Of a stretch of DNA of 64,000 nt, positions 48,701 through 62,404 are shown piece by piece. The position numbers and the translations under genes were made by a program. Position 1 is the stretch's first letter. Every line of letters starts with the position of its first letter. This DNA comes from Camelus dromedarius (Eukaryota), in contig NC_087436.1 of NCBI RefSeq assembly GCF_036321535.1, forward strand, positions 98,334,001 to 98,398,000, in the 5' to 3' direction. A model generated the notes under the pieces. It saw only the letters and a list, made by a program, of their open reading frames with translations, ran no database searches and was not told the origin of the DNA.

Positions 48701-51700
48701 AAAGCAACAACAGCCGCAAAACACCAAAATCCAGTGGTTTCTAACCTGTTACTCCCTGCCTTGTGCCAAGGAATCTGCTGAAAGTACATGCTGAGTTTTC
48801 TCCCCCTTAAAACTACATTACTTCGTTTTGTATTTACTGTGAGTATATTTTTAGATAATGTTTATCACACTGAATATCTGATGTGTGCGCAAAGGGAAAC
48901 GCCTGTTCTGAAAGCCCTGGCAGTAGAGTAGCTGAGCTTCTCTTAGGCCACAGTCCAACTTGGTTGAGTTGTTGTTCTAATTTTACCACCGTTTTATAGC
49001 ATGTAATTGATTCCATTTCTGTCTCTTTGTGATGTTTGCTAGAAATGTCAGTGTGAGTTTTCATCTCATACCAAGAAAATAGACAGGCGGTAAGACATGC
49101 ACTTTATTGTTCAAACCTTTCTCTTGAGGTTCATCTCCTTTTTCTCTTTGTTCTATTTGATGTCATCTTTTAATTTCTTAGTTCATCTTGAATTAAATAT
49201 ATTTTCTAAAATAGCATTACAACATTGTTTGAATAACCCATGATAAGTGTACATATTTCTGTCAAGATACTAGATAAAACCCCATTAAATAGTTGCCTCT
49301 GATATATGATTGTTATATTTTCAGTATTTCCCCCATGAACATTGTAATTGCAGAATATGGGGCATGATAGCCCATATGTAACTTTTTTGTTGTTACTAAA
49401 TTACATATGCAATGTATTATATTATTTAAATTTCCTAAGTCAGTGTTTGTCTCTGTCTCTTAATTTCTATATTTTTCTATGCTGTACTTCCCCAACAAAT
49501 ACAAATAAACTTTAATTGCCTTTTTTTTTTCTAGTTATAAAACTAGTGCAGTTTCTTTGGAGAAAATTAAGTAAATAGTGGAAAATACAAAGAACAATGT
49601 GACAATAATTATTGTATACTTAATTTATATGTATCTAACTTGCTCACCAGTGATTTTCTGTGTGTATGCATATAAATATTTGTGTAGGTATATACATAAA
49701 CATATACATACACTACTATATCTGCTCTGATGTCTTTTTTAATTTCTGTGATTTATAGTACAAATACTGGCACTTTAGGAATCATCATTTAACCCTGAGA
49801 TTGTGAAGAGACACCAATCCTTCCTTTTAAATAATAGTGTATCTTTCTGTCACATTTCTAGCTTGGTCAAGACCAGCACACCTACTGAGGAAGGAGGAAG
49901 AAAGGGTGAGGGCAGGGAGGAAGGTATGCATTTTTAACAAGCGATCTGCTATGTAATTTTCTCTGACAAATACAACACTGTGTCTTCTGGAATTTTGTAA
50001 GAAAGGCATTTAGCCCAGTCAGCACTGCTGTAAATTTCTAAACATCAGCTAGACAGAATTGAATTCAGTCTTTTATGTGCCTTGGGATACATCCAACACA
50101 TTTCTGATTTTCCTCAGAAATCCTGCTGACTTGGAGCAGGTGCGTCTTAAAATAACAAGAACTCATCAAGGCACGATTGTTATCATTCTGACGGCTTCAT
50201 CTTAACTCCTTCCTGTTGTGCACACCTGGTCACATAAGCACCATGCATTCTTCAGAGCGTGCAACAGGCAACCCCGGGGAAAGGTATTTTTTGTTTTGTT
50301 TTGTTGGAAATGAAAAGGGATTGTTGTATTAACAGCTGATGATGGACACTGACAGTAGAACGGAGCTAAAAGGAGTTTTCAGAGACAGGAGCCCACCTGT
50401 GCTTAGTTGGCTCTAACCTTCTCAGTCAAGTTTCTTTCTAGAATAGCAGGTGTGGATTTACTCAATATAGAGAGATCCCCTAAGCCCTGTTCTCATGACT
50501 AATTATATATTCTTTTCTTTTAAATTGAAACACATGAAGATCTGCTCAGTAACACCACCAAAGTTGTTTTTGGCAACTGTTTGTCATTCTGATTTTCAAT
50601 TATGTAAGCTGTTTTCTGTAATTCTCTAATCATGACATGAAATTTGATTAAGCACTATAGCAACTTTTGAAAAACTGTATCTTTTTATGACAAGATACAA
50701 TTTTTAACTTGAATTGCTTCCTCTATAAAGAAAATATATCTAAAATAGGCCTAAAACATAATAAAACCACCATTTTATTCTATAAAAGAGCTTAGCACAG
50801 TATATCCACATGGTTTCCATAATTAAATATGAATTAACTTATGTAGGATATTAATTCACTGAGTTTACAGATGATATCAGAGATAAGGAAATAAATTCAG
50901 AGAATTTTCTCTCTCCATGTTTTCTAGTATTAAACACTTTAACCCTATTTTTCACAATTTTCTAGTTCCCTAGAGCTAAATTAATTTGAACCTTCTGTTT
51001 TTCAAAACAATAAACAAAATTTATACAGAAATTCTTTTTAGACTGAATATTCCTTACATTCCAGTCACTTAATCTCAACTGATCAACTGATATTTGTGTG
51101 TGTGTGTGTTGACAACATACACTCAATAAATAATTAAAAACCCAATCTAACCACTTAGAGAAATAGAGTTCCTCAATTAACAACATTATAATACCAAAGT
51201 GAAATATCATTTTGATTTATATAATAAAGACTGAAATAGAAGTATGCTGGTGTCATGAATAGGAAAGGAAAGCTTCTCAGAAGTGTTGAAATCGGAGAGT
51301 TGAAGAAGTATAGAAACATATGATGGCAATGGGGAGAAACAACTCACAAGTGGAGCTCTGCGTGTCACTGCATGAGGGGATGGTAAGAATGGTTCTGTCA
51401 CATGATAGGATGACCAATACATTTCTTGATGTTCAGAATATAAATTATATTCACAAAGCTACCAAAACATTGGGCAAAGTATGGTAGAAGCAAATGGGTT
51501 AACTTTTTTAGTTGCTTATAGTTGATGAATTAAAGAGCTGGTTTAATAAAGACAGAAATTGCTGTAGTTTTTCATGTTGACTTGATCAGTACTTTGGCAG
51601 TGGAAATAAACTCTCTTTAATACATTTATAGAATAATACATCCACTTTAGGATTTACCAATATTGATTAAAATTTTTAAGTCATTCTGTAATTACATCAA

Positions 51701-51854
51701 AATTGAATAGAACATTGCATGCTGGTCAATTCAAATGATATTTTGTCTGACTACAACACGATAGATGATAGATAAAGTTTTGGAGAGCCAATGTTCCAAA
51801 CTATGTCTTGTTGTAGCCCCTACATCATCTGCTTATGTCCATGGCAGGTACTCT

Positions 51855-54575
51855 TTTTTTTTTTTTTAACTTCTTTCAATTCACTTTACAGTTATTTTGA
51901 GAGCTATAGATATTGCTGCAGGTATCAGAAGTTCATTCCTTTTAACTGCTGACTGGTATCCCACTTGTGTATCCATACAAATGTGTGTATACAACATTGT
52001 GTTTGTCCATTCACTTGTTGATGGACTTTGGGGTTGTTTTCAGTTTAAGGATATTACAATACAGCTACTATGAATGTTTACACACAAGTTTTAAGTGGAT
52101 ATGTGCTTTCACTTCTCGTGATTAAATACCTAGGAGTGAGGTAGATATGGTACCTGCAGATTTAACTTCATATTAAACTGCAAAACTCTCTTCCTAAGCA
52201 GGTGAATGTATTACTTTACATTCTCATCAGCACTGACTGATTTAGAGTTCTATCTCTCCACAAATTACTAACTTTTTTTATTGTCATTTTTTAAAAAATT
52301 TTAGCCATTCTCTTAGGTAGTTAGTAATATCAATTATAGTTTTAATGAAGTTGATTAATATTGACTAATATGTTTAAGCAGCCATTCTTATTAGTCATTT
52401 ATATATCTTTTCTTCTGAAGTATTTGTGAAAAGCTTTTTCCTTTATACTTAAAGATTCATTTATTGTTTAATCTTAGTATTGAAACATAGTTTTCATTTA
52501 TTGTCGATACAGGTCATTTGTCAGATACATGCTTTGCAAACATTTTCTAAAAGGTTACTGTTCACCTTAATTTTCTTAAAATAACTTCTGAGGAACAGAT
52601 ATTTTTATTTTTATTTTTTGTGGGGGGAAGGTAATTCGATTTACTCTTAGAGGAGGTACTGGGGTTGAACCTATGACCTTGTGCATGCTAAGTATGTGCT
52701 CTACCACTTGAGCTATCCCTTCCCCCCAGAAATTTTTAATTTAAAAAAAATCATTGATTTTTATTTTACAGTTTGTACTATTTGTTTCCTTTTTAAGAAA
52801 TTTTTGACTAATGCAAGTTTGTTTTCATTAAGAATCCATACTTTATCTTTTATGTTTAGTTTGTTGATACATGGCAAGTTAATTTATACACACTTAAGGT
52901 AAGAGCCTAAAATTCATGCTTTTTACACATGGATATCCCAGTATTTCAGCACCACTTGTTAAAATGGCTATTGTTTTCTCATTAAATTACCTTGTGACTT
53001 TGGTCAGAATTTAATAGGCCACATATGTTTTTGTTTACTTATTGGAATCTTTTATTCTGTTTTACTGATACACACACACCCACACATGCATTTAATCCAC
53101 TCTATTGATTAATGTAGTGTCAAATATTAACTCTTAAAATTAGGCATATAAATTCTCCAACATGTACACTGGCATACTAACCTATGACTTTACTAAACTA
53201 ACTTACAATATCTAGGAGCTTATCTGTAGATTCGTTAGGAATTTGTATACAGACAGCCATGATATTTATAATAAATTCAGTTTTACCACTTCCTTTTCCA
53301 TATGTGTAAAAGATATTTATTTCCCTTGTCTTACTGCAGTGGCAATACCTCAAGTACGATGTTGAAAAGAAGTGAGAGGTTGGGTATTCTTGACTAATTC
53401 AAGGAAAAGCATTCGGTGTGTTGTAACTAAGTAGGAATTTAACTGTAGGTTTTTAGTAGATGCCCTTTACCAGTTTGGGGAGGTCCCAATTTTTTCTTTC
53501 CTGTTTCCTGAGAATTTTCAGTCATGGAAGCACTTTGAATTGTGTCACATGCTTTTTCTGCATCTGAGATGATGATATGGTTTTTATGTTTATTAATATA
53601 AGATACATGGATTCGTATTTTTAATGTTAACCCTTGTTAAGTATCTTTTATTCAAGATATGTTACACGTTGTATATAATGTCAGATTTGATGAATTTATA
53701 TTCAGTTAAATATGGAGTTTTAGATCTATGTTCATGAAGATGTTTTTTATTTTTGGTCTTATCTCTTCCTTAAGTGTTTGGAGGAATTCATCTGGGGAAG
53801 TTTTGTTCATAAGAAGGTGTTTCACTCAAGTATGTATTTTTAATGGACATAGAGTTATTCAAGTTATCTGAATAGCCCCAGTTAGTTTTGATTATTTGAG
53901 TTATTTAAGATATTTGTTCATTCTATCTGAATCATTGACCTCAAATAGACAGATTCTGGTTTCACTATATTTTTCTATTAATTTTCAGCTTTTATTAATT
54001 TTTATTATTTCTTTCCTTCTACTTATTTTTAGTTTTGTTCATCATTTGCTTTCTTTGCTTTCTAGCTTATTAAATTTGTTTATTCATCATTTATTTTATT
54101 CTTTTCTTCATTTCTAACATGAAACTTTAAATCTGTACATTCCCTTTGGCCTCTTCTTTAGCTAATTCATGTACATTTTGATATATTTTGTTATTTTAAT
54201 TTCTAGTTTCCTTTTTGATTTCTTGTTTGACCCATGAGAGATCCCAAAGTGCATTGATAATTTCCTATATTCGTAGATATCCCTGATTTCTTTTTGTTAT
54301 TGATTTCAATTTAAGCTTTCTGTGGTCAGAAAACATAATCTGTATGATGCCAATTTAAAAAAATATATTGAGAGTTTTTTTGTAGTCTAGTATATAATGT
54401 ATCTTTTTGAGAGTTCCATGAACATTCTTAAATCTGCATTCTGTTATTGTTGAATGAAGTGTCATATAAATGTCAATTAAGTCCGGTTAAAGATACTGTG
54501 GTTCATCTTGTATTTTTCTACTTATTTTCTGTTAACTTATTTTATCAATTAAAGAGAGAAAATTATAAAATCTAA
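51855..54575 (-). mobile_element. ancient fragmented L1 (L1ME/MC-like), 3'UTR and ORF2 pieces
   Basis: tccattcacttgttgatggactttggggttgttttcagttt, taaatacctaggagtg, ttcagcaccacttgttaaaatggcta, tgtggtcagaaaacata. Confidence 0.8.
52608..52726 (-). mobile_element. vic-1-type SINE
   Basis: ggaggtactggggttgaacctatgaccttgtgcatgctaagtatgtgctctaccacttgagctatcccttcccc; TSD cagatattttta (52596-52607) / cagaaattttta (52727-52738). Confidence 0.9.
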
Positions 54576-57474
54576 CATTAAACTCCATACATGAATGATG
54601 ACAATTCAGTGGAAATGCTTAGATATTGTTTCTCAGATGACCAGATTTATTCTAATCTACCTAACATTTTTACTAAACCTAGTGTCCCTTAGAAATCTGA
54701 ATTTGTGATCCTTGTGAGAGGGTCTACTGATTTTTTCTAGCTCTGGGACAGATATAGAAATGTGATAAATGAGCCAATTTATTTGCTACATGTCCCACAG
54801 AGATTAGAACCAAACTCAACCTAAAATTTGATTTAGGTATTAAGAATGATGATGCCACACATGCACTGAGAATAACATTTAAAGATTTATTATTCATATC
54901 ATGAAGTTTTCTGTAAAAAGTTGGGCAGATACCCAAACTGGTCTGAAAATGGCTTTGGAGAGTAAGGTGGGGCAAATGGTTAGTGAGTGAGTCTGTGATG
55001 AGGGTTACAGGTAATTCATGATTTGAATGTCCTTCCAGAATCAGAACAAGCATCCAGGCTATCTTTTTGCCTTTCCCAGATGTGGGCCAAGAAGGGGAGA
55101 GAGTGAATAGGGGCTTGAAAGCTGTCAGCAGTTAAACGTACAAATGGAGACAAACTCTTAATTATACTACATTATAATCTCTGCTACAAATTGGGCAATT
55201 CCACTCAACAGAGAGTAATTTCAAGCTATTAACAGCCAGTGTAGCCCTCATTTTATTACAATAAATATTTTTTGTTTCATTCCATGAAAGCCTAACTTTA
55301 GAACCCAGATTCTAGGATTTTATAACATACAGTGCTACAGTGAAAACTTTAAGAAGGAGAAACTGAACTAATTACTACTTTTAGTAATCTGTGGCTTTTA
55401 TTATTTAGAGGAGATAGAGTAACCAAATATTTTAAGTCTATGTTTTGTTGGGCAACTGAAAATATAGCATGGTAAATAATTGGACCGTTACTCAGAATAT
55501 TTTTGTTGTTAGAAATTTAAGACAAACAAGCTTTATGACCTTGATCAAGATTAGTTTATGTGAAGGATGTGTTCTTTATTTGAGAACTTATGACTTGAGG
55601 GATAACTATACAAAGTTAGAAAAGTTTATATTTATTAAAATTTAATGACTGTATGTGCAACTCAGAGACCTAAGGCTTTGAAAAATGAGAGGGAAATTAA
55701 AACATTTTCTTTGGTTATTTTTAGAAATACTCTAGCGAATAATTTCAAGCAAACATAACATGATTTTCAGAAAGTGGGACATTTAATGCAGCAAGTAATT
55801 ATAGGCAGGTTAAACTTTCATTAGCTATGGGGGGAAAACAGTAAAAATTACTTTCTAAGCTATTTTGAAGAAATATCTCAAAAAGATGATCTAATTAGAA
55901 GCAATCAAAACTGATTCATCTGAGTAGAAAGACTGTGCTTTAAATTTTGCTATAGTTATTTATATTGAAAAATATGGAACAATGGCTATTTTCATTGTTG
56001 AGTATTTAAAAGTATTTTGAAAAAGCTAAGATAAAATTCTGCTCAAACACAAGTGAGAAAAATTGACTAAGAATAAGAGAATAGGGCTGGTTTTCCATTT
56101 TTCATCATTGCCACAGAACATTTCAATGATCTGATTAGTAAACAATATGCAAAAATATCAGAATTCTACCAAAATTATTAGAATTAATGGCATTGAATTT
56201 AGGGATTTTAAATTCTTCAGTTGATTTTTCTAGTACATAGATTTTAATGTAATAAAGAAAATAGAGAGTGATAAAATTAGGGCAAGATATAAAATAGAAT
56301 GTGTGCTAACCAATAATGAAAGAATGGGCAGTTGGTGTTAATTCCCTTGCTCTCCGCAACCACTTCAACACCTCACCTACTCAGTAAAGCACTACAAATA
56401 TAAAGATCGCTTGCTCACAAAGAGTCCAGCAAGGAAATTAGGATATTCCAGTACAGCAATATGACCATTCCTCACTAAAAATATATATTCTTTTCCTGTG
56501 TATATTCTTCCAGCATAGAAATAAGAAAATCACTAGGATACAAGGTAAATACATAACTTGAGCAGGGAGGGAGTATAGATATAAACTGCATCAACAAAAA
56601 GTATCAGTATTGAAAATAAGCTACCATTTTGAGTTAATCTTATGTATGAGTTCCATCTATAGGCAACTGAATTGAAGAAAAAAGTGAATAATAAAAACAG
56701 GACTTTCAGTGAATTTATAATGGAAACCTTGATTCTGGTTCCTCCAAAGAAAATGATAAGAGTAATAATGATGATTCTAAAGAGAACAAGAAGCCTTTTT
56801 CAAGAACAATATAGAAGCTAGTTATGGTCATTATAATGGTTAAGGGGTCCTGTTTAATGTCAACATTTCATTTATAATGAAGTGAATGATGAGCTAATTG
56901 CTCCATTGAGTAAAACTGCTGTTTAATTCTCCTTCAGGAGGGAGGAAAGCAGTGGATATAAAATAAAGTGGGAAACAGTCACAGCTCAGAAATGTGAAAT
57001 ATAAGTTTCCTCCGGAGGCCCCTCTTTCTTACCAGAGAATCTAAGGCTACTTGATCTTGAGCTCACCATGGGAGCACCTTTATAAAGTGTAATGAGTACT
57101 TACTAATAGGTCTTATGGGGATGCTCATCTGCTTAGGATTTAAGAAAACAGTGAAGGTAATCACTAAGAATTCATAAGAAGTGTGTTTTCCAATCCATTA
57201 CCTGTGATTTTCTTCATAATTACAAAATCATCTCTGCAATGTAGGTCAGTTAAGTGGATTTCTGATGATCAGATAAAGCACTGGAAAATTGAATGTACAG
57301 GCCTTGAAAATTGAAGAGGAAATTTGATTTTCTTCTCCTTTTTTGTCTTTCTCCTTTAACTGAATACTTTGCTTCATTTAAAAAAAAAAAAAAGCCTGCA
57401 TTTCAGGTTATTTTACTAACTTAAAATCAAAATTATTAAGTAGCCTTACTGTAAGTACACCCATTCTTCTTAAT

Positions 57475-57725
57475 AATTAGAATAGCTTACGTTTATTTAT
57501 TGATTACTTGCTGCATATCTGCATTCTGCTTAGACTGTTAAGCCTCACAACAGCCCCATGGAGTAAGTTCTGTGTTTATCCCATTATACAGCTCAGTAAA
57601 CTAGAATTCAGAGAAGTTCAGCTACCTCTCAAAGCCAAATGCTTTGTAAATGACAAAGTCTGGATTTCAACCCTAGGAAATTTACCACCAAGTCTAGGTC
57701 TTTAAAGACTTGATTTCTTCTCTAC
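57475..57725 (-). mobile_element. MIR SINE
   Basis: aatagcttacgtttatt, cctcacaacagccccatggagtaag...tatcccattatacag...aaactagaattcagagaagtt. Confidence 0.7.
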
Positions 57726-58152
57726 TCTACTAATGCTTCAGTCCAGTTTGTTGAATAACATATGTCAAAAGTTTTTAAGATAAATGCTAAATTAAGAAAT
57801 GATTTACTTTCCAGCTAGATAATAATAAGCTCTATCTAGTTAAAATATAGAGAAATCAACTGGTTAAACTTGGCAGTCAGTTTGCCAAGTCCTTGTTTAT
57901 ATAGAAAATATGCAGTATGCTTTCTTAATAAATCCTTATATTTTGGTTACTAAATTAATATTACATAGGAAATGACTTGACTTTTGGAACTACTTCTAAT
58001 TAAAACTCCCTACAGAGCCAAAAAATCCACATAAATTCTACAGTTGCTTTTAAATCTGTTCCTTCTTCAGTTTCTCATTCACAATTATGTGTCAGGCATT
58101 TTGCTTCAATTAATCTCCGAAGGTGACAGTGCCATTAAATTGTGTTACCCCT

Positions 58153-58681
58153 TGTGGTGGTTTTTAAAGTGTGTCCAGAAATTCTTTGACACTCCTCCAT
58201 TTAAAATGTGGACACAAGTTTCCTTCAGCTTGAACATGGGCTGGCCTCAGTGTCTCTAGGTAAATAGAAGATGGCAGAAATGATAGTGAGTGGCTTTCAA
58301 GGCCAGGGTATACAAGGACTTACTGCTGTCCTTTTTCTCATACTTAGTTGTTTACTCTCTGGAGCCCCACCACCCTGTGGTGAGGATACTCAAAAAACCA
58401 TGAGGGGACCCACATAGGAAAAAACTGAAGGTCTTACCAGCACAAACTTGCCAGTCATATCAGTGAGCCATCTTGGAAGCATATCCTCTAGCCGCCATTT
58501 TGTTTGTTATCCCTGCTGATCATTTAAGTGCAACTTTATATAGAGACCCTGAGCAGAGCTTCCTAGATGAGCTGCTCCCGAATGCCTAAGCCACAGGAAC
58601 TATGAGACACTACATGCTTATTGTGGTTTAAACCTCAAAGTTTTGGAGCAGAATTTTAATGTAGCTACTGATAATTAATAA
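58153..58681 (+). mobile_element. MLT1E/F-like MaLR solo LTR
   Basis: tgtggtggtttttaaagtgtgtccagaaattctttgacactcctcc, agtgagccatcttggaagc, end aagttttggagcag...tgtagctactgataattaata. Confidence 0.85.
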
Positions 58682-59319
58682 ACATCTACTTCAGCATTTT
58701 TCTAGAATTTATCACCAAGTATCTTAACAAATACTATTTTAGAAAATTAGCTATTTTATGACAACTGATTTTAAATATTATTGAATAGTTATGGACTATT
58801 AACCATATAATTATGCATTGTGCAACTATTTAGAAAATAAGGTTTAATAATTCTCATATTCTAAATATGTTTTGGGTTAACTTTCATACGGTAATATTAT
58901 GCTTTATTTGAATGCATTTCTCATCATAAAGTATATGGCTTAAAAAAATAGCAAATCAATATTGCTTAAGAAAAAATACATACAAAACATACCTGAAGGT
59001 TGCTTAATTTGTCTTATATTTACTTTTGTTTCTCACAATGCTATGGATTTTAACAGATTAATCTTCAGAAAGTGAGAAGACTTTGGTTTCATGCAAATCA
59101 ATTTAGCTCACTTACTCTAAAGTAGATTTCTGAATATTCTGAGTTAGCAAAAGAAATGTGCTATATATATTTAAATGTGGTGTATATATATATACACACA
59201 CAAAAAACTAATAATACTGTGAAGAAACATGCTATGAGACGTCAAAAGATTCTAGGAAACGCAATGTACTATTATTTTTTATTATTATTATTATTTTAGA
59301 TGTTTCAAAAATGAACCAT

Positions 59320-59795
59320 TTTCATTAACTGCTATTGCATGCCATCATCCCCCCCTCAAATTAGCTTATAAAAATAATGTATTATTATCTCTCATGATTC
59401 TGTGTATTTTCTGGACTCTCCTGGGTTCTCATTTGTGATCTCCAGGACGTCTACAGTTACATAGTAACTTGGGATTGAGTCATTCAGAGGCTATAATCCA
59501 AGATTACTTCTTCATAAACAGGTGTGGTTCCTCAGGGTCTCTTCCCATGGCTTCTTTGGTTAGAAGAGCCTGGACTTTGTACACGGCAGCTCCAGGCATG
59601 AAGGATTAGCAGCAGAGGTTCCAGAAATAGTGAAGGGCTATTCCTAGCACTGACATGGTTTTATTTCCATTGTATTCTATTGGTCAGAGCAGTCAGTGGA
59701 CCTGCTCAGATTTATCTCTTGTTGGGTGAGTGGCAAGGTCCTATTGCAAAAGAACATGTGGAAAGAAAAATATTATTATTGCTATCTTTAGTAGA
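59320..59795 (-). mobile_element. MLT1G/H-like MaLR LTR
   Basis: attattatctctcatgattctgtg, ttccattgtattctattggtcagagcagtca, gagtggcaaggtcctattgcaaaagaacatgtgg. Confidence 0.7.
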
Positions 59796-62254
59796 ATAGT
59801 TTGAAAAATCATATTTATAAAAACTTTGAATTATATGAAAACCATAGTTTTTTAAGTTAGATGGATAATAGATGACAGCTCAATATCATCTATTTTAGAG
59901 TAAGAAAGAAATTTGTTTAATACAAATTTTCCCACAGTTTTTGTCTGAAAATATTAAGTTGTTATAGGAAAAGCTTTTGATCTTAAGATGGGTTATTTGC
60001 ATATTTTTATTATTTAAGTAACAATGAGCAATATCAAATAATACAAAGTAGATATTAATGTTCATGTTAAAATAAATAATATTAAACAATAAATTGTATA
60101 ATCTGAAAGGAAAAATTAATGTGAATAATTTGATATTTTTCATAGAAATTATTGAAGATAGCCAAGTATCTTATATCGCTAATTATTCTCATGTAAAACA
60201 GTCTTGCTTACATTACATATAAAAATGAAAGTAAAATATTAATTTAAAACTACTGATGAAAAATAGCAAACTTATTTCTAAGCATCTTATTAAAGTGCAT
60301 AACAATTGGTATCTGCCTAAAACCCCAAAATATATGTAAACTGTTTAATAAAATTATTAAAAATATTTTAATAAATAGATAATTTATCTGGGATTACTAC
60401 TAGTTTAGTAGTCTAAAATGCTTAATTTCTGTGTTCCAGTTCTACTTCCAATTAATTAATTCACCTTATAGTTTATGCCCATTATATTTTAAAAGGAATA
60501 ATTATCCTTAGCAAGTAAGTATAAAGTTCCAAGCATGTGCATATACTGTCAGATATAAATATATAATACAGATATGATCACAGAAGTGTGTCTTTTAAAA
60601 ACCATGCAATTAGTATTATTTTCCTAAATCTGCACTCGGTGTTTTCCATAAGACTTGAATATAAATTCTTCTACAGGATCTGCTGTAACTTCTTAGAATC
60701 CAATTGTTTGTAGTTTGTGTACTAAGAAATCTTGGGTAGCTTTGAGTGATTCTTGTTTATAATGTCTTATTAAAGTGTGTATATGTGGGTGTATGTCTGT
60801 GTCTCTGTCTCCCCGTTTAGCTCCATTCAGTTTAATATACTAGTAGGCCAAGTATCTAATTGTCAGGTTTCTTAGAAAAGGGATTTTCAAGAGTCAAGAT
60901 TGATCTTTAATAATGTTATCATTAAAATTTGTGTTTCTCTGTGGCTACTTAAAAAAATTATGATTTGCAGATGGCATTGTTGATTTTTAAATTCCAGAGG
61001 GATGTAATCAAATACTTAGTAATTTAGCAGTTTACAATAAGAAACTATCAAAAAAAAAAAAACAAAAAAGAAGTTGACATGGCATATGGCTAAAAAGTAA
61101 AATAACTCATTCTAAACGTATGGAATTGGACAATGAAACAATTGACTGAAGAAAAAGTCTAATAATGATTAATTAAAGGCTCTTGGAATCAATTCTTTGC
61201 AAACTACTTGCAAGTATCATAATGTAAAAAATATTAGATGTTTATCAAAAATTGATGAAAATATTCTAATTTAAATGGACAACCCTTATTTGAAGATTTC
61301 TAACTGTTAAATAGTTAAGTTACAGTATTATTACATTAGAATTTGAACCAAAGATTAATTAAATATTTTTAAACTTCTCCATTACCCAACCCACCCCCAA
61401 TAGAACTTCTGGAAGTTGAGCCACTTCTTAATGTATTTTTCTTTACCATTTCTTCTTTTTCATGTAGTTTTTGCATTCACACATATCACTTCACTTTAAT
61501 TTAGTCCCTTACTTTTAATCTTTGATTTCAAGTGCTCTTCACTTTGAGTCACAGCAGCGTCAAACAACAACAGTGAAGAGGTTTTGCCCAGGCAGCAGTG
61601 AAGAGCATCACGGTAATGAAAGGGATGATTGTGGCTCCCTGCCTTTGCTATAATTGAAAATTGAGTTTGGAGCCTTTTCCATTTAACTTTATTGCTTAAG
61701 TTCAAACCACAAATATAGAGTAATTCCTCTGATGTTGCTTTCCTGTCCATACAACAGTTTGAAACCTAGCATTAAAGTTAAGCAAAAGAGGCAATTAGAT
61801 TTATTCAATTACAGCTGTGTGAAAGAAGTCTAATTATCAGTTTCATTATTGAAAAAGCACTGCTTGCCAAATATTTGCTTGTTAGCCTGGCTACTAGATT
61901 TCCTCTATCAGACAGAAAAACTGGTAGACATTTGATAGACTGGCCCAGTTATTTAATTTATACTGACTTCAGTGAAGATCCTGTTCCACTGCGGTAATTG
62001 TAGTAGGTGAATTAACAATTTTAATCCTGAATGCACATTATGCCTTGCAGTGAATACGAGGCAAATTTCATCAAATAGCATCTTAATTTTGAAGTGTCAT
62101 TAAAAAAAAAAAAACCTGGTAAAGTTATTTTAGAGTGTAAAAATGATGTAATCTAGAGGGAAAAACATCATGATATTTAACAACAGTTTTGATTTTAATA
62201 AAGTCTCTGAAATTTATTGTACTGTCTTTGAAAACAAAGCATTAAGAAACAGAA

Positions 62255-62360
62255 CATTAAGAATGTAGAGTCAAATAGCCTGGGTTTGAACCCTCGTAGC
62301 CTCTTTCTAGTGCTGTAATTTTGGATAAGCTATTCAACCTATTGGTAACTCATCCTTAAA
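62255..62360 (+). mobile_element. MIR 5' fragment
   Basis: agagtcaaatagcctgggtttgaaccc...gctgtaattttggataagctattcaacct. Confidence 0.65.
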
Positions 62361-62404
62361 ATATGTACAAATGGTACGCAAAAGTATATGTTAAATTGGG
62401 GGGC

